Source of the DNA: Mobula hypostoma
Taxonomy: Eukaryota
Reading direction: 5' to 3'
Length of the DNA stretch: 64,000 bases
Assembly (NCBI RefSeq): GCF_963921235.1
Contig: NC_086097.1
Span: 57,042,001 to 57,106,000 of the forward strand
In this document: piece after piece, positions 12,746-25,648 of the stretch
Layout: every line of letters begins with the position of its first letter
Position numbering within the stretch: position 1 is the stretch's first letter
Translations under genes and position numbers: made by a program
The notes under the pieces: model-generated
The model's input: only the letters and a program-made list of their open reading frames with translations
Databases searched by the model: none
Told to the model about the DNA's origin: nothing

Positions 12746-15700
12746 CCTCTGTTGGGCAATGGTTCATGGTGTACAGCATGGAGACAGTTGTAGCATCATC
12801 CAGTACCTTAATTTGCTTTCAGTCTCTATTGCAGGGAATGTGGCACGCATCTCTAATCATGTTGTAGTTGTCTCAGCCATTCACATCCCCACAATGCTGG
12901 TCCTCCTGTTTTACCACATACAAGGTGCTCAGTGTGGCTTGCTGGTTGTTGTATTTCACTTTTATGAATGTCATTCCCACAGGAGTTACCTTTTCTCCAG
13001 TTGGCTATGTACAGGCTTCAGTTCAATATCTTTGTAATGCTGTTCAAACTTATTTTGTGGAATAACTGAAACAGCTAAGCCAATGTTCAATTCTATTTTA
13101 ATTAATTTTCTGTTCACTTCTGGTATAAGCCATATTGTTTGTGTACTTTTAATTTTCCACACTTATTTATTAAGGCCGCACAGTCCTGTGTCACCTTCAT
13201 TGTTATCAGATTATCACAGTGTGCAGATTAGTGTTCTTTTTGAAACTGCAACTTGACTTTGTATCTTTTCCTCATCCCTGTGCAGTCCATTTATTTTTGT
13301 CTGCCTGACATGCTCCATGTATGTGTCCAACTTCGTTGCATTTTCTGTAGGTTTGGTCCTTAAACCTGCATTGGTCTCATGTATGTGAGCCACTGCCACA
13401 ACGGTAACACAATTTGTTCAGCCAGACCAGTTTCTGTTAAGACGTTACAATTTTGTTCATGCTCAATTTCATTCTTGACTGCAACTCAATTGCTTCTCTG
13501 TCTGCAGTTTCCATTGATACAGTGATTTCAGCTGCTCTTTTAAATGTAAGTTGTGCTTCAGTTGTAAGGTTCCACAAACTAAATGATCTCTCAGTTCATC
13601 ATTAAGACTATTATCGAACTGACAATGCTCAATTTCTTCAATTCAACCACATACCCTGAAATGGACTCCCCTTCCTTTTGATTCTGCTTATGAAACCTAA
13701 AGCGTTCTGTAAGCAAGAATGGCTTTGGTTTTAAATGTTCCTGTAGTACTCTGCCTCTGACAATATCAGCAAAGCTCATTTCTGCTGGTTGGTTTGGAGC
13801 AGTCAAACTTTGAAGCAAACTGTATGCCTTCAAATACAGTACACTCATCAAAATTGGTACCGATTTCCAATTGGCTCTTTCATTTGCTTCAGAATACTGC
13901 TCAATTTGCTCAATATATAAAATCTATTATCTGTTGTGTAATCTAACATGTCAGTCTTTCCAAAGTAGGCAGTCAATTCTGCTTTTTTTAAAATTATTAC
14001 TATTGCCCATTACTCACTCTTTCTGAACCAATGGATTCTTTAGCTTACTGCCTTTTTTAAAAAAACACTTGATTGTCTCTGCACATATGGCTGTTACTTG
14101 CCGGTCCTTGGTGCGTTTCAACAAGTTGGTAATCGTCTTGGGTTCATTTTAAAATACATCGTCACCACTGGCATGGTTTTTAACTTCAAAACATTAAACT
14201 AATTGAAAGGAAGACATGAGAGCCCAAAATATGAGACTAACTTCAGGTTTTACTTGAAGCAAGGAGCTCACATATCAAAGTTCAAAGTACATTTATTATC
14301 AATGTATGTATACATTATACAACCTTGAGATTATTCTGCTTACAAGTAGCCACAAAACAAGAAACCCAAAAAGAAAAAAAACGAATTGTACAAACAAGAA
14401 AAACAATCAAACAGCATTCAGAAAGAAATGGAGTCCGTAGATACGAAGACCGGAGCAGTGAGCAGAACTGGCCAACCCTCACCTCCGGTCCCGACACCCT
14501 GCCTTTTCAATCCATTCAGTCTGGCGTTTAAATCATCCAAACATCAAGCCATTCCATGCTTAAAGACCCGAGCCCTGTCGCATCAATATAGTCTGGGGCT
14601 GGACCCCACCGCCACATTGGGGCCCGTGTCCGACCTTTCCAAATCGGCCTGGTGCAAAACTCCTCCACTCTGATTTTTCTCCACTTTGCATGTCCAGACT
14701 CCATCTCGAACATGCCTTGACCCCTCTCTTCTTTCCAACTGTGATAAAACTGCTGAACGGATCCTGACCCGGATCTGGGCCGTACCCTCCAAATATCCGG
14801 ACCTGCTTCTTGGTTTTTTTTGCACTACCTTACTTTCCCTTTTCTATTTTCTATTTATGATTTATAATTTAAATTTTTAATATTTACTATCGATTTGTGC
14901 TCCAGGGAGCGGGAAGTGCAGAATCAAATATCGCTGTGATGATCATACGTTCTAGTATCAATTGTTTGGCGACAATAAAGTAAAGTATTTCTTGCTTTGG
15001 GAACCATCGGTAAGCTGTCGCTCATCCTCAGTAGCACCGTCTTAAACATGGTGAAGTATGGCGTATGCAATTCACGTATATTTACATATAAGCAGTTATG
15101 AATTATTGAAATGAACAAGAATGCTAAATCAAACAATATATTTACAAGACTACTTAAATATTCAATATACAGCAAAGAGGATGGCTGAATGGGATTACAG
15201 GTTTGGCACAGAGAATAAATGACATTGTAATTTTGGAGGTTTCCACTAAAAATGAATGGTCTTGCTCATTTCCTTTTAAAGGCAGTGATGCAACAACGAA
15301 TGGGATATTTCCCAGTTTTCCACTCTCCCTTCCCAATTTGTTTGCTAGAATAGCAGTCCACAAACACTGTTTCTTCTCTATACCTTTTTCAGGTTGCACT
15401 TCTTCTTGTATGAATTCCATGCACAAGGCACGGTTGAAACTTCTCATGTCTCATGTAATGTAAAATAGTTACAAAAATCTGCAGATGCTGCAAGTGCCCA
15501 GATTGGACAGCACCTGTTTTTTTTAAAAAGAGCAATAGTGTTAGCGTTTCAAATTGATGACTCTAATAAATTATTTGATAGCAGAAGCAGAATCAGGTTT
15601 AATATCACTGCCATATGTCATGAAATTTGGTGTTTTTCAACTGCAGTACTTTGCAATATATAATAAAAAATATAAATTACAATGAAATGTATATAAAAAT

Positions 15701-16560
15701 TAAATTATGTAAATAGTGCAAAAAGAGAGGAAAAAATATTGAGGTAGTGTTCACTGCTTCATTGACCATTCAGATGTGTGATGGCGGAGGGGAAGAAGCT
15801 GTTCCTGATATGATGAGTGTGTGTCTTCAGGCACTTGTATCTCCTCCTTGGTGGTAGTGAAGAGAAGAGGGCATCGCCTGGGTGGTGGAGGTCCTTAATG
15901 ATGCATGCCGCCTTTTTGATGCATCTCCTTTTGAAGGTGTTCTTTCTTGTTGGGGTGGCTTGTGTCCACTGAGTTTACATAAGAGAGGAATTTTTTTCAT
16001 TTTCTATTTTCTTACAAAAAGTTGTTTGTAAGGCTATGTGCAAGCCTCAGCTAATTCCTTGCACCACAAATGGTGAATTTACCCTGAAGTTTTCCAGTTC
16101 AGTCAGGTAACTAGTCTCTTATCTGATAGCCATGCATTAATTTCTGCCGGAGCTTAATCTTGTAGACCTTATTTTCATACATTGAATTATTGACACTGAG
16201 TTACAATAAGTATTTGAACATTTGTTTTCCAAATATATTATAACTTAATGGTTCACATCCTTTTAACTGGAGTCTCAATTCCAGTGCTCCCTTTAAACTT
16301 CATAGATTCATTGCAAACTATATTATTCCACAGTGTAACATTTATTTTAAAGGTGAATTAAAAGTGTCATGGAATACTGATACAGCAACAGTTTGGCAAA
16401 TCTGTTCTTAAAAGGATTGTGGAACTTGCCACAAATTAGTGAAGTAGGTTTATTCAACAAATTTCTGTTGAAGTTTTTCTAATAAGTTACAAAATTGACT
16501 TTTCATTTTACGAATTGGTGAATTAATTGTACTGAATTTTAATAAATTACTCACCTTTAG

Positions 16561-16832
16561 GGCCGAAGGAGAAATACTACGCCTGCCAAAAAAGAAATCA
16601 AAGAAACAAGTAAAGAAGAAATGTTGAATGAGGAAAACAATAAAGAAAATAAAGACTCTAAAGAAGACTTGAAAAAACAAGAGAAAGAAATGGATGCAGC
16701 ACAGCAGAAAAGTACATCAGTGTCCAAAAATAGAGGAGAGAAGAATAAGAAAGATGAACCTGAGAAGAAATCTGAGGAAGGAGAGGAATATAATGAAGGC
16801 AGAGAAGAAGACCATGGGAATAGACAAAACAA
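16561..16832 (+). CDS. ARID4A: ARID4A internal coding exon (first one visible in the window; upstream exons not found)
   Basis: ctttag acceptor; reads GRRRNTTPAKKEIKE...GNRQN; AA|gtatgt donor in phase 2, matching the next exon. Confidence 0.8.
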
Positions 16833-17445
16833 GTATGTGTTGCATTAAATCTTGTTCTTTTGCATGTTAAATGTAAATGTGTTTATGGTGAAGTATACTT
16901 TGTTCAAAAGAATATTTTAAAAGTGCTTTGTTCAGAGGTAGTATTCAAGAAAATATGAGCTACTTGTGTATTTGTAAAACATAATCTTGTTGCTTGAATT
17001 TTCTTGGACAAGAATTTTTTTTTAACTTAAAGGCTGTTGTGAATGATCTTAAAACTAAAAACTTTGGGTTTTTTTTGTTGCCTTTCACAAGGTAAGGATG
17101 CCCATAAACATTTCCCTCGCCTTGACTTTCTCCTTCTGTGCAGGGATATGTGGTAAACAATTTGCACACAGCACAATCTCATAAAGCAAGGTAACTGACT
17201 CGTAAATCTGTCATGGCATTGGTCAAGAAATATTACGATAGGATGCAAACAAATTCGTGGCAATCCATCAGCCTGAGATCTTTCACATTCTCTGAGTAAA
17301 CCTGCGTTCTTTGATGCTGGGGCAATTGTTCTGCAGAACAGTAGCACATATAATAATTTTATGATTGTGGAGATCTACAAATACATTTGGCAAATGTGCA
17401 ATGTCACATTTTTGTTCATAATTTTCTCCCTTTTTCATTAAATAG

Positions 17446-17724
17446 AGAAGCAGATGAAAGTAAAAAAGATGGCGATGATGAGGAGGAAGATGGGGACGAG
17501 GAGGAAGATGACAATGAAGGAGAGGAGGAAGAGGAGGAAGAAGAAGAAGAAGAGGAAGATGAAGAGGAAGATAATGAATTTGAACGATTCCCTTCTGGAA
17601 CAAAAGTTAAAGTAAAATATGGGCGTGGGAAAAATCAGAAAATCTATGAAGCCAATATTAGAAATTCTGAAGTTGACGATGGGGAGGTGGTCTATTTGGT
17701 GCATTACTATGGTTGGAATACAAG
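17446..17724 (+). CDS. ARID4A: ARID4A exon: acidic tract and start of chromo-barrel domain
   Basis: aatag acceptor; poly-E/D then [19 protein letters not shown]...[12 protein letters not shown]|gtaata donor. Confidence 0.93.
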
Positions 17725-18629
17725 GTAATAGAGCTGGTTAAAAAGTTATTACAATTAATTTAATTTATTTCTATATTGTTACAGTAAGGACTAAGTGGAA
17801 ATTTTCTTAAAACACAACATTGGTCTCTGTTTTAAAACTTACTTGGTTAACCTATAAATATCTCTGCTGCAGTATGAACTAGTACAAGTATGGCCAGAAA
17901 TGGAATTACCAGAACATTACTTTGAAGGTTATGTCTGTGCTTTTTCCCCCTCTTATGAAAACTAAGGTCTCTAATGACAGAAAGTGAAAGAAAAAATAAA
18001 CAACTTAATATCCTAGGAAAGTTATGAATAAATGTCAGAAAGCTTCCAGATTTTTTTTAAATGTATAAAATTAAATGGAAAGCCTTAAAATGAACCGACA
18101 TTATTTGCCATATAAGATGCAGTAAAAAGAAACACCCAGTGTGACATTTCTGTGGGCAAAATCACCTTATTAATGAGAGAGGTCAGAGGAGAATGGCCAG
18201 AGTGGTTTAAGCTGACAGAAGATACCTAATAAGATGGTTACTGAATGTTTATTACATTACAAGTGTCACCCCAAACAAATTAATAGAATTGGGGCAAACA
18301 CACGGCTTGGACTGAACATTGATATTGGATAGAAAGCAAATTGTGGAATTAAGAGATCTTTCTGGTCTTGACTTGTGAAGGTCTGCGGGGTCTGGTTTTT
18401 TGGTTCCATCTATTCACAATCAATATTAATTATTTTGCTAAGGTGACCAAATGTCATATTTTCAAGTTTCCTGATGATGCTAGACTAGGTGAGATTACAA
18501 GTCCAGAGGAGTATGTGAAGAAACTACAGGCCATATGAACAAGCAGAGTGTGTGGCCAAGAATATGGCAGATAGAATATCACGTGGAAAAATGTGAAGTG
18601 ATCGTCTTTGGAATTGGAATTCAATCCTG

Positions 18630-20600
18630 ATAAGAATCATGTTTATTATCTCTGTGAAATTTGTTGTATTGTGGCAGTAGTATTGTGCAAGACACAGAAG
18701 TTACTATAAGTTACCTGAACGAAGTGCAAAAGAGGAATAACAAGGTAGTGTTCATGGATTCATAGACCATTCAGAATCAGAAATCTGATGGCAGGGAGGA
18801 AGAAACTGTTCCTAAAAAGTTGAATGTGGGTTTTCATGCTCCTTTACCTCTTCCCCGATTGTAGGGGAATGTCCTGGATAGTTGGGTCCTTTAGTGATGA
18901 ATATTGCCTTCTTGAGGCACTGCCCCTTGAAGATGTTCTTGATGGTGGTGAGGATTGTGCCCGTGCTGGAAATAGCTGAGTCTAAAACCTTCTGCAAACT
19001 CTTTTGATCTTGCACAATGGTATCTCTATACCAGCCAGTGATCCAACCAGTCAGAATGCTTTCCTCTGTAGAAATTTGCAAGAGTCTTTGATCTATCACA
19101 TCTCTTCAAATTCATAAGGAATTAGTGTACCTGCCATGCCTTTTTCATGATTGCATCAATGTGGTGAAAGAATAAGTCAACATGATAGATCATCACAATA
19201 GAATATCAACACCCAGGATAGATCCGCTGACATGTTGATGCCCATAAACTTGCAGCTGACCTTTCCCAACTTGTGTTCTTCCAACTTCTCTTTCCTGAAC
19301 TCTGTGAACAGTCCCTCGGTTTTGCTATTGTTCCATGTGAGTTATTGTTGTGATACTTTTGAACAAGCTGATCTATCTCACTTCTGTATGCCTCCTTATC
19401 ATCATTTGTGATTCTGCTAACACCAGTGGTATCATTGATGAATTTATAGACAGTGTTTGAGCTGTGCCTAGCCACACAGTTATGAGTGCAGACAGAGTAT
19501 AGCAGTGGGCTGGCTAAGCATGCATTCTTGATTGCACCTGTATTGATTGTCAATAAGGAGATGTTACTATTGATCCACGTTTGCTGTGTTCTCTCAATGA
19601 GGAGGTCGATGATCCGGTTGCTCAGGGGCTCAGGTTTTAAAACTTTTAAATTAGCACTGAGGAGATGATGATGTTGAATGCAGAACTGTAATCAGTACAG
19701 CACCTTGATGATGAATATACGCCATTATCTAGGTGCTCCAAAGCTGAGTAGAGAGCCAGTGAGACTGCATCCACTGTGGACTTGTTGTAGCAGAGCCAAG
19801 CTGCAGTGGGTTCAGGTTCTTGCTCAGGCTGGAATAAATTCTGGCCATTACCCAACCCCTCAATGCATGTCATCACAATAGATGTGATTGCTACTGGTCT
19901 GTAGTTGTTCATGCAGTTCGCCATGCACTTCTTGCACACCGGCATGATTGATGTCCTTTGAAGCAGGTGAGAACCTCCTGATTGCAGCAGTGAGAGATTG
20001 AACATGTCCTTTAACACACCCAGCCAGTTGATTGGCACAGGGTTTCAGCACCCAGCCAAGTATACCATCAGGATCTGATCCCTTGGTAATGGTTCACCCT
20101 TTTGAAGGATGTTCTGACCTCAGTCTCTGAGACCGAGATTACAGGATTGCCAGAAACAGTGGGAGTTTACACAGATGTAGCATTATTCTCCCTTTCTAAG
20201 TGTGCATGAGAGGTTTTAAGCTATTAGGAAGTGAGGTGTCACTGTCATTTATGCTGTTAGGTTTGTCTTTATAGGAAGTAAAGGCATGCACCCCTGCCCC
20301 AGCTGTTAATGCATCTTTTTGTGTCTAATTTCACATGGAATTACCTTTTTGTTCTCATGATGACCTTCAGTAGGTTGTTCCTGGACTCCCTTCGAGGTTC
20401 TGCATCGCTTGTGAACACCAGAGATCTAGCCCTTGACAGAATGCGAATATCCTGGTTCATCCAGGGCTTCTAGTTTGGAAAGATTCACTATGTTCTCAAA
20501 GGCACATACTTATCCATGCAGTTCTTGATGAAGTGACAGATCTGAAGATAAATTCCTGAATTGTTCCAATCCACTGATTCAAAGCAGTCTTGTAAATGCT
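18630..20600 (-). mobile_element. Degenerate Rex1/Babar LINE
   Basis: NNYRPVAITSIVM, DYSSAFN, SPLLYS, ESILTGWITGWY fragments. Confidence 0.75.
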
Positions 20601-21300
20601 TAGAAACACAAAGAATTCTGCTGATACTGGGAAACTGGAGGAAATCAGGTCAGGCAGCATCTATGGAGGAAAATACTGTCAAAATTATTATTTTGCCATG
20701 TTATTGGCAAGTTTGGCACCATTATGACTTTTTGTTTGATCATAATTCTTTTCACATGCTATGTCATTGCTTTTGAGTAATGAAAATGCACACAATGCAT
20801 CAGCAAATGCATTTTGACAGTAATTTAGTTTTATATTCCATTTGGATCATTTTGACCTCTTCTGTGTTCCTTGACATGGCTGTTAGCCAAGTTCTTTAAG
20901 GTGTATTACCAAGTATGAAACTGGGATGTTGAAATAGGTTTTCTGCTTCTTATTCTTGCAGTGGTTATTGTTTGCCAGTAGATTATTAGCACTGAAGTCT
21001 CAGTTCACAATCTTAACTTCAAAAATTCAATACTTGAAACCTTGAGTCTGAGTATATTTTAATTTAAGTAGCTAATACAAATGATCCAGCAATATTGCGT
21101 TCAACCTGAGCACAGCTTTCAGTTGAACAACTGCCACTTCAGTTGCAGATTATATCTTAAACCCTGAAATGCACTGACAGTTGCTGGAGAAAGATCTCAG
21201 CCGAGTGTGTTTAATTAATGCTCTAATGGATGTGAATATTCATTTTTTAGAAGTGGCCTTAGATCAACAGCTACTAAGTTTCATCAGCTTTTACCTACAG

Positions 21301-22261
21301 CAGACATCTCACCCTGCAAAAACTCATTTCAGGGAGGTAGCAACCCCCCCGCCCGGCACGTAAATGTCGGCGCAGATCAGAGATAACGCTTGTTTATTTC
21401 GGCTTTTTTCTTAAAGATGTGCTGGGTGCATTCTGGCCACCGCTGTATTCTTCGTGGCCCAGAGGTTGGGGACCACTGAATTATAAGTCAATAGCATCAT
21501 AACATTTTAAGTAACATTTGGATATTAAACACACAGCGCATATTTTCCTCGTATGAACATATAAAATCATTGCAACACACCAATATCGCTGAATCAGTGG
21601 GAGCCCTGGGCTTGTTTTCCTGCGACAACACAGTCCGATCGAGGGGTGATGGGAGACAGCGATACTTGAAGGGGGTTCCTTATGTCCAGTCTATTCTGCA
21701 ATTTAGTTTTCGTTGCATTCATTGCAGAAAACTCCACTTCGCAGCGATATGATGGTGGAAATGGAAGCAAAGTTTTCAGTGCTTTCGTGGCTATCTCAGG
21801 ATATTCAGCCTTGACTTTGATCCAGAATGCCGGCAGAGCTGTTATGTCAAATGTACTTTTCAGCCCATCGTCATTTGCAAGCTCAAGGAGTTGATCTTTT
21901 TCCCTCGCTGACATGCATGATTCACCGGGGACATTCAAAAATGGGTCACGGACCCATTCCTTTGCGCATCTTGGGTCACTGATGACCTCGCGTGCACTAA
22001 AATTCAACAGTGCGTGACAGGGAATGAGGAAAGGTGTAGCTGACTCATAACATTTCATATCACCAAATCATATTGTTTCCTCGTGGCCCAGTGGTTGGGG
22101 ACCACCCTTAGCACGAAGAGAGACCAATCAGGATGCTCGCTCTCCCTCTCCCTCTCAAAAAGAATCTATTTCCGGGATATTATATATAATTTCCGGGCGT
22201 CAGGGAGCCACTATCAATATGCGCGAGACTCCCAGAACTTCCAGGAGAGGTGGGATGTCTG
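21301..22261. mobile_element. CAGACATC-terminus MITE containing Charlie-type hAT transposase C-terminal sequence
   Basis: TIRs cagacatctca / tgggatgtctg; flanking ctacag duplicate; minus-strand WIKVKAEYPEIATKALKTLLPF...QAQGSH (hAT dimerization domain) at 21594-22058. Confidence 0.75.
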
Positions 22262-22423
22262 CTACAGTCAGAGCACAATCTGTAAACTATCATATTTTCT
22301 ATTTTCTTAAATTTCAGTTTTATTTGTCTTGCCTCTTTAGAATCTGTGAAAAAAGGTCAATCACATTTGTGTAATCTTTTGTTGAATACATATTGGAGTG
22401 ATCCTGTAGATATTGGAATGATC

Positions 22424-22600
22424 CACACAAAATGCTGGAGGAAATCAGCAGGCCAGGCAGCATCTATGGAAAAGAGTATAGTTGATGTTTCAGGCCAAGA
22501 CCCTTCATCAGGCTGACTGCACTCTTCCATAGATGCTGCCTGGCCTGCTGAGTTCCATCAGCATTTTGTGTGTGTTGCTTGGATTTCCAGCATCTGCAGA
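22424..22600. repeat. Short palindromic Penelope-derived repeat
   Basis: cacacaaaatgctggaggaaatcagcaggccaggcagcatctatggaa followed by its reverse complement. Confidence 0.7.
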
Positions 22601-23670
22601 ATTTATCTTGTTTGATATTGGAGTGATCATTTTCAGTGTAATTGTCCATTGAGATTAAATGGAAGTTGTAGGTTGCAAATGTGTGGATCGGGACCTCAAA
22701 TTCTGATGCTGGAAATCTGTTGTTTGCAATAAATTGAATCTGACCAAGATTTGAATATTCTCAAATCCTCCATCACATATTCTAACAGCTTGGTTTTTTA
22801 AAGTGTGACTGTCCATATCTGAAATACATGAAAGCTTAAACAGCATAATGGAGTTTTTAAATGGGTTTTCCAGATCTTTCTCACTTAGAAAGTTACGTTC
22901 TGGCTAGCTTACAGAAAACTTTATTTTGCCTGAGCTGAGGCTTTTGACTTCTAACATTGTCAATTTCTGAGCTGATATTCCTTTCCAATCATTTATGCCT
23001 TGCACTGCTTACATCTCTTTATTGCATCTTCATGTCAAATGTACAAACATCTGAACTGTTCTGTTTTTCTTCCTGCACAGACTAAAATTTGTATTTGTCA
23101 TGCTTAGTAAGAATTGCAATGCATATGATTTGTAGTGCATCAGCATCTTGAAAGGTGGATATTGTGAATTGGTGAGCAAACAAAAAAAAACAGGGATTCA
23201 AAACAAAAAGAGAAGTTGCACTCAAATTTATTACAAAAGCATTTAAGTGAAGTCAAATGTATTCAGATAACAAAATTTTTTCACATATAAAGTGGATCAA
23301 AAAAAAACAAAAACCACTGACCAGAAAATATAGTTTTGATGTCTCTTATTTCTGTTTACCTTGGAATCCCATGACAGATTATAATTTCAATGCTTCTGTT
23401 CTATTTCTCTTGTGATTCTAAGTGCCTTTTTTTTTGCTCGTATTGAGAACTTGCTTGTTCGTTATTTGTCCCTGTTGGTGTAAAACCATATTTTATGTTT
23501 GGTTTTAGACTATTATAGTTTCTTCCTTGGAATTTATTTACATTAAATGTGAAAATATAGTTTAAATGGTTGGACAGGTGTAATTAATTCCAGCTATTAT
23601 ATTAGTCTTAATAATTGTATTAACCTTAATTGTATGGTTCTGAAAGTTTAATGTACCTTTTTACATTCAG

Positions 23671-23755
23671 GTATGATGAATGGGTAAAGGGTGATCGAAT
23701 TATCTGGCCTTCAGAAAGAGGTGCTCCAAAGGGGAAGCACAGAAGAAAATTGAAG
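23671..23755 (+). CDS. ARID4A: ARID4A exon: end of chromo-barrel domain
   Basis: ttcag acceptor; (R)[31 protein letters not shown]|gtaaat donor; frame continuous with neighbouring exons. Confidence 0.93.
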
Positions 23756-24365
23756 GTAAATCCTATTCTAATGAAACCATGTTGCCTAATTCTGTGCTGC
23801 ATTATGAAGAAAATTTATATGTGTTGACAAAAGGAAGTAAATTAATGTAGCTACATGTTCAACGGGTGTTGTTGATTGCTATACAAAATAATACATTTTC
23901 ACTGTGTCGAATTATTTTGGCCTTTCTTCTGTGAGAATTTAGGAAATCAATCCTTCTGGCCCATTCTGTGTTTCAGTTAGATGATGAGCTGAAAGGAGCT
24001 TGCACTCCATTTATCTCAGCTATTATATAATTATAAAATATAGTTTTACAAGTTCATTGTAAAATAGATATTAAATGTGACCTATTCTAAAGTGTTGAAA
24101 GTAGTACTTTCAGCAGTTGGAGCAAGAGACTGGGTTTTTCCCATTGTGATTTGGCTTGTGTTCAGCTGACCATTTTTTAAGGTCGAATTCCCTTCCTTAT
24201 CCGTCTCTGCCTTCCTTTAGATACTGATTAAAATTAATTTCCATCACCAAGATTTTCCTTAGCTGTTTTAATTTTTTTTGTAGCTCATTATTTAAGTTGA
24301 CAACTCTTTTGTGACAAATCTTCAAATGTCTTATTACACAGAAAAATTCATTTGCTTATTTGCAG

Positions 24366-24570
24366 AGTAAACAGGATCGTGAAAAGGATGAGAAAAAGGA
24401 TGATGATAAGCAAAGTAAATCAAAACGTGGTCGTCCTAGTTTGAAATCCATACCAACTGCCAATTCTCAGCGGAGTTTATCCAGGACCCCAGGCACCGAG
24501 GGGAAAAGTGGCACCAGAAGTGGGCGGAGTAATGCATCTGAATCTTCACCTCTTCTTAATGGAGTGGAAG
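24366..24570 (+). CDS. ARID4A: ARID4A exon
   Basis: tttgcag acceptor; SKQDREKDEKK...KRGRPSLKS...NGVE; G|gtataa donor. Confidence 0.88.
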
Positions 24571-24998
24571 GTATAAATTATTGAGTGGCACAGTCTACCC
24601 TCTGAAATTTTCAGCTGTCTTGTGTTCATCTTATGTATCATTGCTGAATATCTAATTGGAAATTGCAGTGTAAGTAAGCTGATGGAGGTAGCAGTAATTG
24701 TATTATATACTTTAAATTGCATTTTTCCACCTCTTTCCCCCACCTCGTAAACTTGTTCAATGTCATAAACAATTGGGTAAAACTCCACAGATGCAAATAA
24801 TCATTATTTGCTTCATTGTTGGTCTTCTTGACAAACTGCTATCAATTAATAATGTTCAACCTTGAAATTTTCTTAAATGGGTTTTGTATGATGCTTTTCA
24901 ACTGACAAAGACAAATGTGCTTAGCTTTGTTGTGTTTGAAAGCATTCAAAATAGAGTAATTATATTTTTCTAATTGTTTTGATGTCTGCTTTCTCCAG

Positions 24999-25061
24999 GT
25001 CTTCCTCGAAGACGCACCAGGCGTAGTTCTGGAATATATGATTCAGACAAAGCATCAAATG
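24999..25061 (+). CDS. ARID4A: ARID4A 63-nt exon (not in the ORF track)
   Basis: ttctccag acceptor; (G)LPRRRTRRSSGIYDSDKASN; G|gtacac donor; phase 1 at both ends. Confidence 0.75.
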
Positions 25062-25358
25062 GTACACATAATTGTTTATTAATTTAAAATCTTTTGTGAT
25101 TTGTATTTTAAATCAACAGTCAACTCATTTCCTACTTTTTTTATTTGCTGGTACTCATTTTACAAACTTGCCTCATTTATTCACTGTACTGGTAATTGTG
25201 GCTGTGCTGCCATTTGGTGAAATTATGGGTGATCTGTATCTTAACACCATCCATTTCCCTTGGGTCCATTCCATAGTGTACGAAAATCCAGCAGAAACCA
25301 TGTATCATAGTCCAGCAGAAATATGTTGACCTCTGATCTAAGCTACCATTCAATGCCT

Positions 25359-25648
25359 TTTTTTTTTGGGTGTGTGCGAGTCTGTGCATCTGCGTGTGCG
25401 TGCGTGCTTCCGTGATGTCTTTTTCATGGGTTTTTACAAGGCGCGGAACGAGAGAGAGACTGGCGCGCCACTCCTCACATAGACACTTTCGCAGTATTTT
25501 CCCTTTATTTTACGAGGTTGAGTTGTGATCCCGACACTCAACCCGGCACGGATGGAAAGCGTACTCGGGAGCAGACCCGACTGGTTTTGAGCCCGGGAAT
25601 CTCCGCCCCTGGGTCCGGCGCCGATGTCGTTGCGCCACCAGCCGGCCC
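25359..25648 (-). mobile_element. tRNA-derived SINE
   Basis: A-box-like tggcgcaacg and B-box-like gggctcaaaacc; (CA)-rich plus polyA tail; TSD tcaatgcct/tcagtgcct; CpGs retained. Confidence 0.75.

Larger units (their letters stand above)
4794..15174 (-). mobile_element. Non-autonomous Gypsy-type LTR retrotransposon, copy 1, carrying an RBM25-derived segment and nested insertions
   Basis: 5' LTR 14169-15174 and 3' LTR 4794-5956, both interrupted; TSD aagag at 4789-4793 and 15175-15179; PBS-like gtggtgacga just inside the 5' LTR; PPT aagcagggagaag at 5957-5969; gag remnant ERFRFHKQNQKEGESI at 13591-13851; protease remnant near 13100. Confidence 0.87.

Noticed and set aside
12232..12779. A functional RBM25 gene nested antisense in ARID4A
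   Set aside because: Intronless, frameshifted, split by an L1, lacks the PWI C-terminus and is enclosed by LTRs; it is retrotransposon cargo.
17470..17580. GAG/GAA repeat as a non-coding microsatellite
   Set aside because: It encodes the acidic tract of an ARID4A exon.
23668..23677. cag|gtatga as a recursive splice site
   Set aside because: Explained by conserved R-Y-D codons at an ordinary exon start; no further evidence.
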